This document shows positions 1 through 8,347 of a DNA stretch of 64,000 nucleotides, piece by piece. Each line of letters begins with the position of its first letter. Positions within the stretch are counted from its first letter, which is position 1. The stretch is taken from NCBI GenBank assembly GCA_963713475.1, contig CAVQLY010000023.1:52909-116908 (forward strand), in the 5' to 3' direction. Below the pieces are notes generated by a model that saw nothing but the letters and a program-made list of their open reading frames with translations, ran no database searches and had not been told where the DNA came from. This DNA comes from an uncultured Thermoleophilia bacterium (GTDB lineage: Bacteria > Actinomycetota > Thermoleophilia > UBA2241). A program made the position numbers and the translations under genes.

Positions 1-905
1 TCGTGGATGCCGGCGATGACCTTGTCGGCGTTCATCTGTGTGTACCAGGTCGTCAGCGTGTCCATGCCGGCGAACCGGCGCATGAAGTCGCGATAGGAGC
101 GGGCGCTCGCGAGAGCGATGGCCCGCGCCTTCTTCTTGCTGAAGCCGTTGCCTCGGGCGGCGACGACGAGGCTGGCGACGAGCCGCTTGACGTCCCACTC
201 GAACGGGCCCGGCAGCGTCTCGTCGAAGTCGTTGACGTCGAACACGAGCGAGCGCTCCGGGGAGCCGTACACGCCGAAGTTGAGCAGGTGAGCGTCGCCG
301 CAGAGCTGCACTTCGAGGCCGGTGCGCGGGCCGGCGGCGAGATCGGCGGCCAGGACCGCCGGCGCGCCGCGGTAGAAGCCGAACGCGTTCTGGAGCATGC
401 GCGCGTGGCGCACCGGCAGGAGCGGCTTGAGGCGGTCCGTCTCCTGAGCGGTGATGATCGCGACCGGGTCGGCCCGGTCCGGCCCCGGCTCCCACGTGCC
501 CAGGGTCTCGAGAGGCACGGTCGTCCGCTGCGCCTTGCCCGCGGCCGTGCGCTCCTCGAGCGAGAGATGTCTTTGCATGGCGAGAGGCGTGCGCGAGGCG
601 GCCGCCACGGGCGCGGTGGCCCGTCGCTGCGGCGCCCGGGCTGCCGTGTTCTTCGCCGCCGCGGTCGGCTTCTTGGCGGCGGGTTTCTTCGCGGTCGTCG
701 CCTTGTTCGCCGCCGGCGGGAGGCCCAGCGCCTGCGCCGCCATGTCGTCCGCCGACTGCGCGGCATGCTCGACGGCCGCCCGCACCGACGGCCGGAGCGG
801 CGCCGGCTTGCCGGCGGCCGGCTTGGCTGGCTGCTTCTTCGCCGCCGGCTTGGCCGCCGGCTTCTTCGCCGCTGGGGTCTTGTCGTTGCGCCGGGTCGCC
901 ATCAT
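1..905 (-). CDS. DUF2252 domain-containing protein with Lys/Ala/Pro-rich N-terminal tail. The C-terminal part runs off the left edge of the window.
   Basis: Minus-strand frame absent from the ORF track because it has no stop inside the window. ATGATG at 905..900 is preceded by GGAGGA. My translation reads ...FYRGAPAVLAADLA..VQLCGDAHLLNFGVYGSPERSLVFDVNDFDETLPGPFEWDVKRL.., which I recognise as the DUF2252 core. GC3 is high in this frame. ORFs 3..1064(+) and 53..766(-) are shadow frames. Confidence 0.7.
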   Translation of the reverse strand, partial: MMATRRNDKTPAAKKPAAKPAAKKQPAKPAAGKPAPLRPSVRAAVEHAAQSADDMAAQALGLPPAANKATTAKKPAAKKPTAAAKNTAARAPQRRATAPVAAASRTPLAMQRHLSLEERTAAGKAQRTTVPLETLGTWEPGPDRADPVAIITAQETDRLKPLLPVRHARMLQNAFGFYRGAPAVLAADLAAGPRTGLEVQLCGDAHLLNFGVYGSPERSLVFDVNDFDETLPGPFEWDVKRLVASLVVAARGNGFSKKKARAIALASARSYRDFMRRFAGMDTLTTWYTQMNADKVIAGIH

Positions 906-1094
906 CGTCCTCCTGGATTCGCGCTTCTCAGCCGGACGGGCCGGCGTCATCTTGCGGGGCTCATACCCTCGCCGCGCCGGGGTCAGTCGTCCCGCCGTCG
1001 AGGGCAGGTTCTGCAGGTCTCGACGGTGGGCAGTATGGCGGAGAGGGCCGCCGGAGTGGGATGATGGCAGCCCATCACGACGCGGAGGACGACC

Positions 1095-1619
1095 ATGGTC
1101 AAGGCGAGCAAGGGTGCGCGCATCGGCGTGATCTCCGACACGCACGGCTACCTCGACCCGCAGGTCCTCGAGGAGTTCGCCGGCGTCGACCACATCATCC
1201 ACGCCGGCGACGTCATGGACGCGACGACACTCGACGCGCTAGCCGAGATCGCGCCGGTCACGGCGGTCGGCGGCAACATGGACGACGGCAAGCTGGGCAA
1301 ACTCCCGCGCGAGATCACCGGCAAGGTCGGCGGGATCCGCTTCGTCGTCGGTCACAAGCGCAAGCGCCTCATGAAGCGGCTCTCCCTCGGCAAGATCGAA
1401 GGCCTCGGGAAGCACGAGTCGCCCGACCTGGTGGTCTGTGGCCACGATCACCTGCCGGCCGTCGAGTGGGTCGACGGGACGCTGTTCCTCAACCCGGGGT
1501 CCGCGAGCGCGCCTCACTACGAGGACGACGACCCGACCATCGCCATCGTCGAGTCGGGTCCCGTCGGGCTGGGCGTCAGCTTCGTGCGCATCCCGCGCCG
1601 CGCCGACGAAGAAGGCTGA
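1095..1619 (+). CDS. Metallophosphoesterase, YfcE/MJ0936-like phosphodiesterase family
   Basis: 174 aa with motifs ISDTHG, HAGD, GNMD, GHK and CGHDH in the canonical calcineurin-like order. Confidence 0.85.
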   Translation: MVKASKGARIGVISDTHGYLDPQVLEEFAGVDHIIHAGDVMDATTLDALAEIAPVTAVGGNMDDGKLGKLPREITGKVGGIRFVVGHKRKRLMKRLSLGKIEGLGKHESPDLVVCGHDHLPAVEWVDGTLFLNPGSASAPHYEDDDPTIAIVESGPVGLGVSFVRIPRRADEEG

Positions 1620-1623
1620 GCGG

Positions 1624-2085
1624 ATGAAGGCGCACACCGTCTACAAGACTTTCCGCATCCCCGAGCGGCGCGCCTTCGTGCGCATCACCGAGGACGTCCA
1701 GACGGCCGTCGACGAGAGCGGCATCCGCGAAGGCATGGCCCTGGTCGCGGCCATGCACATCACCGCCGGCGTGTGGATCAACGACGACGAACCCGGCCTC
1801 CAGGCCGACGCGCTCGAGTGGCTGGACAAGCTGGCGCCGCCGTCGTGGCAGCCGCCGGCCAACGACGTGGCCCGGCAGCTGCTGCCGGACCCTGGTGACT
1901 ACCGCCACCACCGCGGCGGCGAGGACAACGGCGACGCCCATCTCAAGAACCTGCTGGTCCATCACCAGGTGATCGTTCCGGTCACGGACGGGCGGCTCGA
2001 CCTCGGCCCGTGGCAGGCCGTCTTCTACTGCGAGTTCGACGGCCGCCGCTCCAAGCGACTCATCATCAAGGTGCTCGGGGAGTAG
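1624..2085 (+). CDS. YjbQ/UPF0047 family protein (secondary thiamine-phosphate synthase enzyme family)
   Basis: ATG at 1624 lies inside track ORF 1438..2085. Sequence [44 protein letters not shown] is typical of YjbQ. Confidence 0.8.
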   Translation: MKAHTVYKTFRIPERRAFVRITEDVQTAVDESGIREGMALVAAMHITAGVWINDDEPGLQADALEWLDKLAPPSWQPPANDVARQLLPDPGDYRHHRGGEDNGDAHLKNLLVHHQVIVPVTDGRLDLGPWQAVFYCEFDGRRSKRLIIKVLGE

Positions 2086-2131
2086 GATTCCGGGCGAAGG
2101 GCCGTAGCGGCCAGACGACAGGGAGGCTCGC

Positions 2132-2725
2132 ATGAGCGACTATGACAACGATCCGGGCCGGCCGCGTCCCGAAGTCGTGAACGAGACGGTGGTCGTCGTA
2201 GGCGACTCCCGGCAGATCGCGGGCAAGGCCTGGGGCCTCGTGCTGGCCGTCGGCATCGTCGCCGTGGTCTTCGGCATCATCGTGCTGGCCAACATCTGGG
2301 GCAGCGTGCATCTGGTGGCGATCTTCGCCGGCCTGTTCCTCCTGTTCGCCGGCATCCTGCAGTTCTTCGTCGGCGGCGGGACGAAGGGCGGACGCATCGT
2401 CGCCGGCGTCATCGCCATCGTCGCCGGCGTCGCGCTCATCGCCTGGCCCGAAGCGTCGGTCAAGACCGTCGCCGTCATCATCGGGCTCTCGTTCCTGATC
2501 TGGGGCATCGCCGTCGCCGTGGCGGCCATCGCCTCACGCGGCGAGGGCTACGGCGTCGTCGTGGGCTTCGGCTTCATCCTCGCGATCGTCGGGCTGGTCT
2601 TCATCATCTGGCCCGGCCCGACGGTGACGCTGCTCATGATCCTCGTCGGCCTGGCGGCGCTGCTCTTCGGCATCTCCGCGATCGTCCAGGCGTTCGCCCT
2701 GCGGCGAGCCTTGCACGGGGCCTGA
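2132..2725 (+). CDS. HdeD/DUF308 family membrane protein
   Basis: 197 aa with six repeated Gly/Ile/Val-rich TM segments in the HdeD-like periodic pattern (GIIVLANIWG.., AGILQFFVGG.., WGIAVAVAAI..). Confidence 0.7.
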   Translation: MSDYDNDPGRPRPEVVNETVVVVGDSRQIAGKAWGLVLAVGIVAVVFGIIVLANIWGSVHLVAIFAGLFLLFAGILQFFVGGGTKGGRIVAGVIAIVAGVALIAWPEASVKTVAVIIGLSFLIWGIAVAVAAIASRGEGYGVVVGFGFILAIVGLVFIIWPGPTVTLLMILVGLAALLFGISAIVQAFALRRALHGA

Positions 2726-2787
2726 GGCGCCCGTGGCCGCCGAGCCGGAAAGACGGGCGCCGCCCGCCGTCGCCGACGATCGGGCGC

Positions 2788-3530
2788 ATGGTCGCGTCCA
2801 GCCGCTTCTTCGTGCTCGTCGCGACCCTGAGCCTGTTCCTCGCCTTCATGGCGGTCATGGTGTCGACGATCATCGTCACCGTGAAGACGATCGTGGACGC
2901 CGCGCATCAAGGGCGGCCTCTCGCAGAACGAGATGATCGGCAAGCTGATCAAGCAGGCCGACTACGCGCTGCTCGCCACCGTGCTCTACGTGCTGGCGCT
3001 CGGCCTCTACAGCCTCTTCGTCGACGACCGGGTGCCGATGCCCGAGCTGGCTCCGCATCCACGACCTCGGGCAGCTCAAGGAACTCCTCGCCGGAGTCGT
3101 CGTGGTCGCCATCGCCGTGATCTTCCTGGGGCAGGCGCTCACGTGGGACGGCACCTCCGACCTGCTCGCGCCCGGGCTCGCGTCGGCCGCCGTCATCGCC
3201 GCGCTGGCGCTGTTCCTGTGGCAGGCGGCGCGGGAGCGGCACATGGAGAGCGAGGATGAACCGGACGCTTCCGCCGCCGCCGAGCGCCCCGATCCGCGCG
3301 AGCCGCGGCCGAACGGCGGCGTCGCCGGCGAGGCGACTGACGCCTGCCGGCCGCCGGTCCGTGCCGCCGGCCGCGGTCCGGCCCCGCGCGGCTGCTCCTC
3401 AGGAGCGCAGCAGGCCGAAGGCCACCGACGCGGCCACGACGATCGCGGCCACGAGGGCCACGACCCGGGTGGTGTGCACGTGACGCAGGTTCACCGCCTC
3501 CAGTCCATGCGGCGCCTCAGACCAGGTTGA
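2788..3530 (+). pseudogene. YqhA/UPF0114 family membrane protein interrupted by two apparent +1 frameshifts. The 3' end is uncertain.
   Basis: One YqhA-like protein is split over three frames: 2788.. (MVASSRFFVLVATLSLFLAFMAVMV..TIVDAA), 2933.. (..EMIGKLIKQADYALLATVLYVLALGLYSLFVDDRVPMPE) and 3102.. preceded in frame by WLRIHDLGQLKELLAGVVVVAIAVIFLG. Shift points are near 2900 and 3048. Confidence 0.6.
3399..3494 (-). CDS. Possible 31-aa single-TM miniprotein
   Basis: GTG AAC CTG CGT CAC GTG CAC ACC ACC CGG GTC GTG GCC CTC ... CGC TCC TGA translates to MNLRHVHTTRVVALVAAIVVAASVAFGLLRS. GC3 is almost 100%, better than the overlapping plus-strand frame. GGAGG lies just upstream, but the spacing to the GTG is only 2 nt. 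The ORF is below the track size cut-off. Confidence 0.35.
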   Translation of the reverse strand: MNLRHVHTTRVVALVAAIVVAASVAFGLLRS

Positions 3531-4854
3531 AGCGCTCGGTGTAGATGCTCGGCCAGGGGACCCCGGCGTGGAGCAGCGACCGCTCGGCCGCGTCCATCAT
3601 CGCCGGGGGTCCGCAGACGAAGTAGAGGTACGTCGCCTTGTCGTCCGGCAGGTGAGCGGCGAGGAGCTCCGCCGTGATCCGTCCCCTGGCGCCCTGCCAG
3701 TCGGCTGGCGCCTCGGACAGCACGAAGACGATCCGCAGATCGAGGCGGTCGCGGAGCGCTTCGAGCTCCTCGCGGAACGTCACGTCCTCCCATCTTCCGG
3801 CGCCGTACACCAGGAGGTGCGGCCTGGCGTCGCTCCGGTCGGCGAGCGTACGCAGCATGCTCATCACGGGGGTGATGCCCACGCCGCCGGCGACGAACAC
3901 GCAGCCTTTGCCCTCGTACCGGTCGATGCTGAAGGCGCCGTGCGGGCCCTCGAGGTAGGCCGGCGTACCCGGCGTGAGGGCGCCGACCCCGTTTGTGAAG
4001 TCGCCGGCCTCCTTGATCGTCATCGCGACACGCTCGCAGTCTTCCGCGCTGGAGGAGAACGAGAACGGGTGGTCCTCGATTGCGAACGGCGATCGCCCGA
4101 TCGTGAGCCAGGCGAACTGGCCCGGCAGGAACCGCATGCCGGGGTGGCCCACCGGCCGCAGTGCGAGCGTCCACGCCCGGCCGCGCTCGGCGACGACCTC
4201 GTCGACGACCCACGGCAGACGGAGTAGGCGGAGGGGGGCGACGAAGCGCACGTAGAGGAGCAGGCAGACGACCGCCAGGGTCATGGCCGCCCACAACAGG
4301 CGTTTCCAGGGCAGGTCCACGTACCAGCCGACGAGCTCGATGTGGACGAGGGCGAAGGCGAGGGCGAGGACGGCGAGGGCCCCATGGGCGGTGCGCCAGC
4401 GCTCGTAGCGCAGCCGCAGCGGACGACGCCACACGGAGATCACGACGAGGACGAGGAGCGCCAGCGTCGCGGCGACGGCGAAGCGGGCTCGCCACGGCGC
4501 CGTCAGTACGTTGAGCAGCCCCAGCGCGTCGTCACGTGTGGCGAAGAGGATCAGCGGGTGCGCGACCGCGAGGGTGGCCGCCAGGATCGAGATCTGCCGG
4601 TGAAAGCGCAGGACGATGTCGATGCCGTAGGGTGCGGCGATGTGACGGAACCTCGCGGTGATGGCGAACTGGAGGCCGATCATGGCCAACGCGACGAACC
4701 CGAGGGCGACGGAGAACTCCGTCCAGAAGTCCCGGGGAGGATGGTCGCGATAGACGAACGCCACGAGGAGCGGAGTGAGCGACAGCGTCACGTAGAGCGC
4801 CAGCCAGAACGTGCCGCCGACGACGCGCCGCAGCCGGGAGTTGTACGCTTGCAT
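3517..4854 (-). CDS. Ferric reductase-like transmembrane domain fused to an FAD/NAD(P)-binding oxidoreductase domain
   Basis: ATG at 4854 lies inside track ORF 3517..5244. The N-terminal half has six TM segments. The C-terminal half carries HPFSFSS (FAD), GGVGITP (NAD) and CGPP motifs. Confidence 0.8.
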   Translation of the reverse strand: MQAYNSRLRRVVGGTFWLALYVTLSLTPLLVAFVYRDHPPRDFWTEFSVALGFVALAMIGLQFAITARFRHIAAPYGIDIVLRFHRQISILAATLAVAHPLILFATRDDALGLLNVLTAPWRARFAVAATLALLVLVVISVWRRPLRLRYERWRTAHGALAVLALAFALVHIELVGWYVDLPWKRLLWAAMTLAVVCLLLYVRFVAPLRLLRLPWVVDEVVAERGRAWTLALRPVGHPGMRFLPGQFAWLTIGRSPFAIEDHPFSFSSSAEDCERVAMTIKEAGDFTNGVGALTPGTPAYLEGPHGAFSIDRYEGKGCVFVAGGVGITPVMSMLRTLADRSDARPHLLVYGAGRWEDVTFREELEALRDRLDLRIVFVLSEAPADWQGARGRITAELLAAHLPDDKATYLYFVCGPPAMMDAAERSLLHAGVPWPSIYTERFNLV

Positions 4855-4968
4855 GGACGTAGTGTACCCGCCGCCCTGCTTTGCCGCGAAGGGAACCCGG
4901 ACGCGACGCCGAAACCGGCTGCAGACGCAGGACGGGCGCGTCGTACCGAACAATCCGGAGGTACAAGG

Positions 4969-5421
4969 GTGGCCGAGTTCCGAGCCGACGACGAACCCCT
5001 CGTCAGGGGCCTGCATTGGGTCATCCGCATGGCGGTGCGCGTGCTCGCCGTGCTCATGACGGGGGTCATCGTCTTTGGCGTGGCCGACGTCTGCTACGTC
5101 CTGTACAAGCGCCTCATGAGCGAGCCCGTGGGTCTCCTGGAGATCACCGACATCCTTGCCACGTTCGGGGCCTTCATGGCCGTGCTCATCGCCATCGAGA
5201 TCTTCGTCAACATCGTGAGCTACCTGCGCGACGACGTCATCCATGTGCGCATCGTCCTCGCGACGGCGCTCATGGCGATCGCGCGGAAGGTGATCATTCT
5301 CGACTACAGCACGACCGGCCCGCAGTACATCTACGCGACCGCGGCGGTCGTGGCCGCCATGGCGCTCGCGTACTGGCTCATTCTGCGCACTCCGCGGGCG
5401 GAGGCAGCGGACGGGGAGTGA
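4969..5421 (+). CDS. PsiE family (phosphate-starvation-inducible E-like) membrane protein
   Basis: GTG at 4969 lies 7 nt after GGAGG; an alternative ATG is at 5029. The core FMAVLIAIEIFVNIVSYL..VRIVLATALMAIARKVIILD parallels E. coli PsiE. Confidence 0.7.
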   Translation: MAEFRADDEPLVRGLHWVIRMAVRVLAVLMTGVIVFGVADVCYVLYKRLMSEPVGLLEITDILATFGAFMAVLIAIEIFVNIVSYLRDDVIHVRIVLATALMAIARKVIILDYSTTGPQYIYATAAVVAAMALAYWLILRTPRAEAADGE

Positions 5422-5472
5422 TCGAGGTTCTTGGGCCTCTGACAGGCGCGAGCCCGCTGTACTCGCGCGGTC

Positions 5473-6276
5473 TCAGTCCTCGCTGTGCGTGACCGGCTCG
5501 TTGCCTGGTGCTTCGGTGGTCTGATCGTCGTCCTTCAGTTGTTCCTCCATCTTGCGGCCCATGCGGCTGCGCTGGCCCAGGTTCTGGACGACCAGCGCCA
5601 CGACGGTGATCAGGTAGAGCTGCCCGAAGATGGCTTCCATCACGGCCGTCATGCGCCCGACACCCGAGGCGGCCGTGAGATCGCCGTAGCCCGTGGTCGT
5701 GATGGTCACGAAGCTGAAGTAGAGGTAGTCGATCGCCGGCGTGTCCTTGGGGGCCTCCGTCAGCTGGGCGAAGAACTGCTGACCACTGATGATCGCGATG
5801 AGGCCGTAGGTGGTGGCGAAGAACATGGCGATCAGCAGGTACACACACACGGCGCCGTAGAAGGTGTTGAGGCTGATCACGGGGTGCGCGACGAGGCGCT
5901 TGAGGATGGCGACCGGCGCGACGACGACGAGCAGGATGGTCAGCAACTTGGACACGATCGTCGCCGTCTCGTCGTTGCCGACCAGCACGAGGATGATGGC
6001 CACCAGCGTGGCCAGCGGGATGAGGGCGAGGGCGATGCGCAGGATGCGGCGCTTGACCTGCGCGGCGCGCAGCGCGAGCCACGTCGTGGCCGCGAAGATG
6101 ACCATCGAGGCGACGCGGCCGGGGTTGCCGTCGCCGCCGGCGGCGATCACGAAGAAGCTGACGACGAGCAGGAGGAGGACGAGGCCGAAGCTGTCGGCGA
6201 ACCGCGGCGACTCCGCCAGCAGCGGTCGCCGCCTGGCGGGCTGGGAAGCCTCGGGTGTGCCGGTCGCGTCTCTCAT
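5473..6276 (-). CDS. Potassium channel family protein (two-TM pore domain with extra N-terminal TM segments)
   Basis: ATG at 6276 lies inside the 821-aa track ORF. The selectivity filter is TITTTGYGD. The upstream 555 codons of that ORF are an Arg-rich shadow frame. Confidence 0.85.
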   Translation of the reverse strand: MRDATGTPEASQPARRRPLLAESPRFADSFGLVLLLLVVSFFVIAAGGDGNPGRVASMVIFAATTWLALRAAQVKRRILRIALALIPLATLVAIILVLVGNDETATIVSKLLTILLVVVAPVAILKRLVAHPVISLNTFYGAVCVYLLIAMFFATTYGLIAIISGQQFFAQLTEAPKDTPAIDYLYFSFVTITTTGYGDLTAASGVGRMTAVMEAIFGQLYLITVVALVVQNLGQRSRMGRKMEEQLKDDDQTTEAPGNEPVTHSED

Positions 6277-6450
6277 CGTCAGGCGGAATGGTATCCCAGA
6301 GCGGCGTCGCCCGAAACGGGAATCGTCGGATCGCGTCCTCGGGAACGCAGTGGCGCGGTCCTCGTCGTACGCGCTTCGACCGGCCTGCAGGTGGGGCCAG
6401 GGGGCGGCACGAAATCCCTTCCTGTACACTCGCTGAGCGATCGCTGAGCC

Positions 6451-7371
6451 ATGCAGAACGGCAACTACACCACGTACTCCTCCCGCTCGCCACGGGACCG
6501 GCGCCGCCGGCAGCAGCGCGGGCGGCGGCGCCTGCTGGCGCTGCTCGTCGTCGTGATCGTGATCGCCGCCATCGCCGTCGCCGCAGTCGTCATCTTGCGT
6601 GGCGGAGACGGCGCCGCCGGCGCGCCGGGCGGCAAGGCGGCGGACGCCTCCAAGCCCAGTCCGAAGCCGACCGTGCCGCCGCCCGAGGTCTGGGTCGCCA
6701 GCAAGAGCGATCCCGTCCGCGTGTGGGTCGGCGGCGACTCCATGGGGGGCGAACTCGGCTGGGCGCTCGAGCCCATCCTTCAGGACGCAAAGGTGTTCAA
6801 GTCCATCACCTTCTACAAGGAGTCCACCGGCATCTGCCGCTACGACTTCTTCGACTGGGGCAGGCAGATCGACACGGTGATGCAGACGGCCAAGCCGCAG
6901 GCGGCCGTGATCATGATGGGCACCAACGACACCCAGTCGGTCAACCAGGACGGCAAGTGGATCTCCTACGGGGATCAGGAGTGGAAGCGGATCTACGAGA
7001 AGCGGGTCGGCGACATCATCGACACGATGCTCAAGGGCGGGGCGCGCCGCGTGTACTGGGTCGGCATGCCGATCATGGGCGAGGGCTGGCGCAACTCGCG
7101 CATGAAGCTCATCAACAAGGTCTTCCAGAAGCAGGCTGAGAAGCGTCCCGGCGCCGAGTACGTCGACATCTGGGACCTGTATACGACCTCCGACGGCTCG
7201 TTCGACCCGTCGCTCCGCCTGGCCGACCAGGTGCACTTCACGGCCGACGGCCAGGCGCTGCTGGCCGAGACCGTGTACAAGGCGATCAAGGCCGACTGGC
7301 TGCCGCCGGGCTCGGAGACGCCGAGCGAGTCGCCTGCGGCGAGCCCCTCGGCGTCCGCGTCCGCGCCCTGA
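6451..7371 (+). CDS. Membrane-anchored SGNH/GDSL hydrolase-acyltransferase (DUF459-like), paralog 1
   Basis: N-terminal TM anchor and Pro-rich linker. SGNH blocks are VGGDSMGG, MMGTNDTQ and DQVHFT. Paralogous to 12922..14073 and 15813..17069. Confidence 0.8.
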   Translation: MQNGNYTTYSSRSPRDRRRRQQRGRRRLLALLVVVIVIAAIAVAAVVILRGGDGAAGAPGGKAADASKPSPKPTVPPPEVWVASKSDPVRVWVGGDSMGGELGWALEPILQDAKVFKSITFYKESTGICRYDFFDWGRQIDTVMQTAKPQAAVIMMGTNDTQSVNQDGKWISYGDQEWKRIYEKRVGDIIDTMLKGGARRVYWVGMPIMGEGWRNSRMKLINKVFQKQAEKRPGAEYVDIWDLYTTSDGSFDPSLRLADQVHFTADGQALLAETVYKAIKADWLPPGSETPSESPAASPSASASAP

Positions 7372-7442
7372 CGCGGCCGCGGGCCGCACCGCGGCGGACA
7401 CCGAGCCGGCGCGGCCTCCCGCGAGATGCCCGGCGTGCTCAG

Positions 7443-7466
7443 AGGGCCCGCGATGGTTCGCGGGCC
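7443..7466 (+). terminator. Hairpin GGGCCCGCG-ATGGTT-CGCGGGCCC downstream of the SGNH gene
   Basis: Perfect 9-bp GC stem with a 6-nt loop, about 70 nt after the stop. There is no U-tract, which is common in high-GC actinobacteria. Confidence 0.4.
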
Positions 7467-7489
7467 CCGGCACGACGGATAATGAAGAT

Positions 7490-8344
7490 GTGATGACCCT
7501 TCTCCTCGCCGCCATCCCCGGGCACGTTCTCGACCCCGCCAAGCGGCCGCTGCTCCTGCTGCTCATCGGGTTCATCGTCACGTTCGCCGTCGCCCGCCTC
7601 AACACGAGGCTCGCGCGGGCGCACGGCGGCTCGGGGCTGCACATGGGCAGCATCGTCACGCCGGGGGGCCTCCACATCCACCACGCGGTCTTCGGCGTCA
7701 TCGGCATGGTCGTCGCCGGGATCCTCGTCTTCGCGGTCCAGCCGGGGAGCCCCTGGCTCGAGATCCTCGCCTTCGTCTTCGGCTCCGGCGCGGCGCTGAC
7801 GCTCGACGAGTTCGCGCTGATCCTCCACCTCGAGGACGTGTACTGGACCGGCGAGGGGCGCAAGAGCATCGACGCCATCATCCTCGGCGTCACGTTCATC
7901 ACCCTGCTGCTGACGGGACTCCTGCCGCGCACGTTCAACGAAGTGGGCGACTACATCACCATCTCGCGCTGGGTGGGCTCCGTGTTCATCCTGAGCGGCG
8001 CGTTCTTCGTCGTCATCTGCTACCTCAAGGGCAAGCTGTTCGTGGGGACGGTGGGCATCTTCGTGCCGCCGGTCGCGTTCGTGGGCGCGCTCCGCCTGGC
8101 GAAGCCCGGCTCGCCGTGGGCGCGGCGACAGTACGTGGACAAGCCGGGTACGCTGGAGCGCGCGCGGCGTCGCGACGAGGGATTCCACCAGCAGTGGGAA
8201 CGGCGCAAGAACCGCCTGTGGGACCTCATCGGCGGCAAGCCGCACCTCTCGCTGCCGCATCGGGACGGCCACCGCGACCGCCACGATCGCGGGTCGCACG
8301 GCGGCCCGCCGGGCGACTCGCGCGAGACACACGTCCAGGACTGA
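7490..8344 (+). CDS. Integral membrane protein, function unknown
   Basis: 284 aa with about 6 TM segments, high GC3 and a charged His/Arg/Asp-rich C-terminal tail. The start is GTG 7490 or ATG 7493. Confidence 0.65.
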   Translation: MMTLLLAAIPGHVLDPAKRPLLLLLIGFIVTFAVARLNTRLARAHGGSGLHMGSIVTPGGLHIHHAVFGVIGMVVAGILVFAVQPGSPWLEILAFVFGSGAALTLDEFALILHLEDVYWTGEGRKSIDAIILGVTFITLLLTGLLPRTFNEVGDYITISRWVGSVFILSGAFFVVICYLKGKLFVGTVGIFVPPVAFVGALRLAKPGSPWARRQYVDKPGTLERARRRDEGFHQQWERRKNRLWDLIGGKPHLSLPHRDGHRDRHDRGSHGGPPGDSRETHVQD

Positions 8345-8347
8345 GCC

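Noticed and set aside
3-1131. Long ORFs 3..1064(+), 53..766(-) and 451..1131(+), which are Arg/Gly/Ala-rich.
   Set aside because: They overlap the DUF2252 gene, which has a clear family signature, an RBS and the best GC3. Their own sequences are low-complexity Arg-rich strings typical of off-frame reads in high-GC DNA.
6277-7938. The upstream 555 codons of the 821-aa ORF 5473..7938(-).
   Set aside because: This stretch is antisense to the well-supported SGNH gene (6451..7371) and the membrane protein gene (7490..). It has no domain content. The channel protein begins at the internal ATG at 6276.
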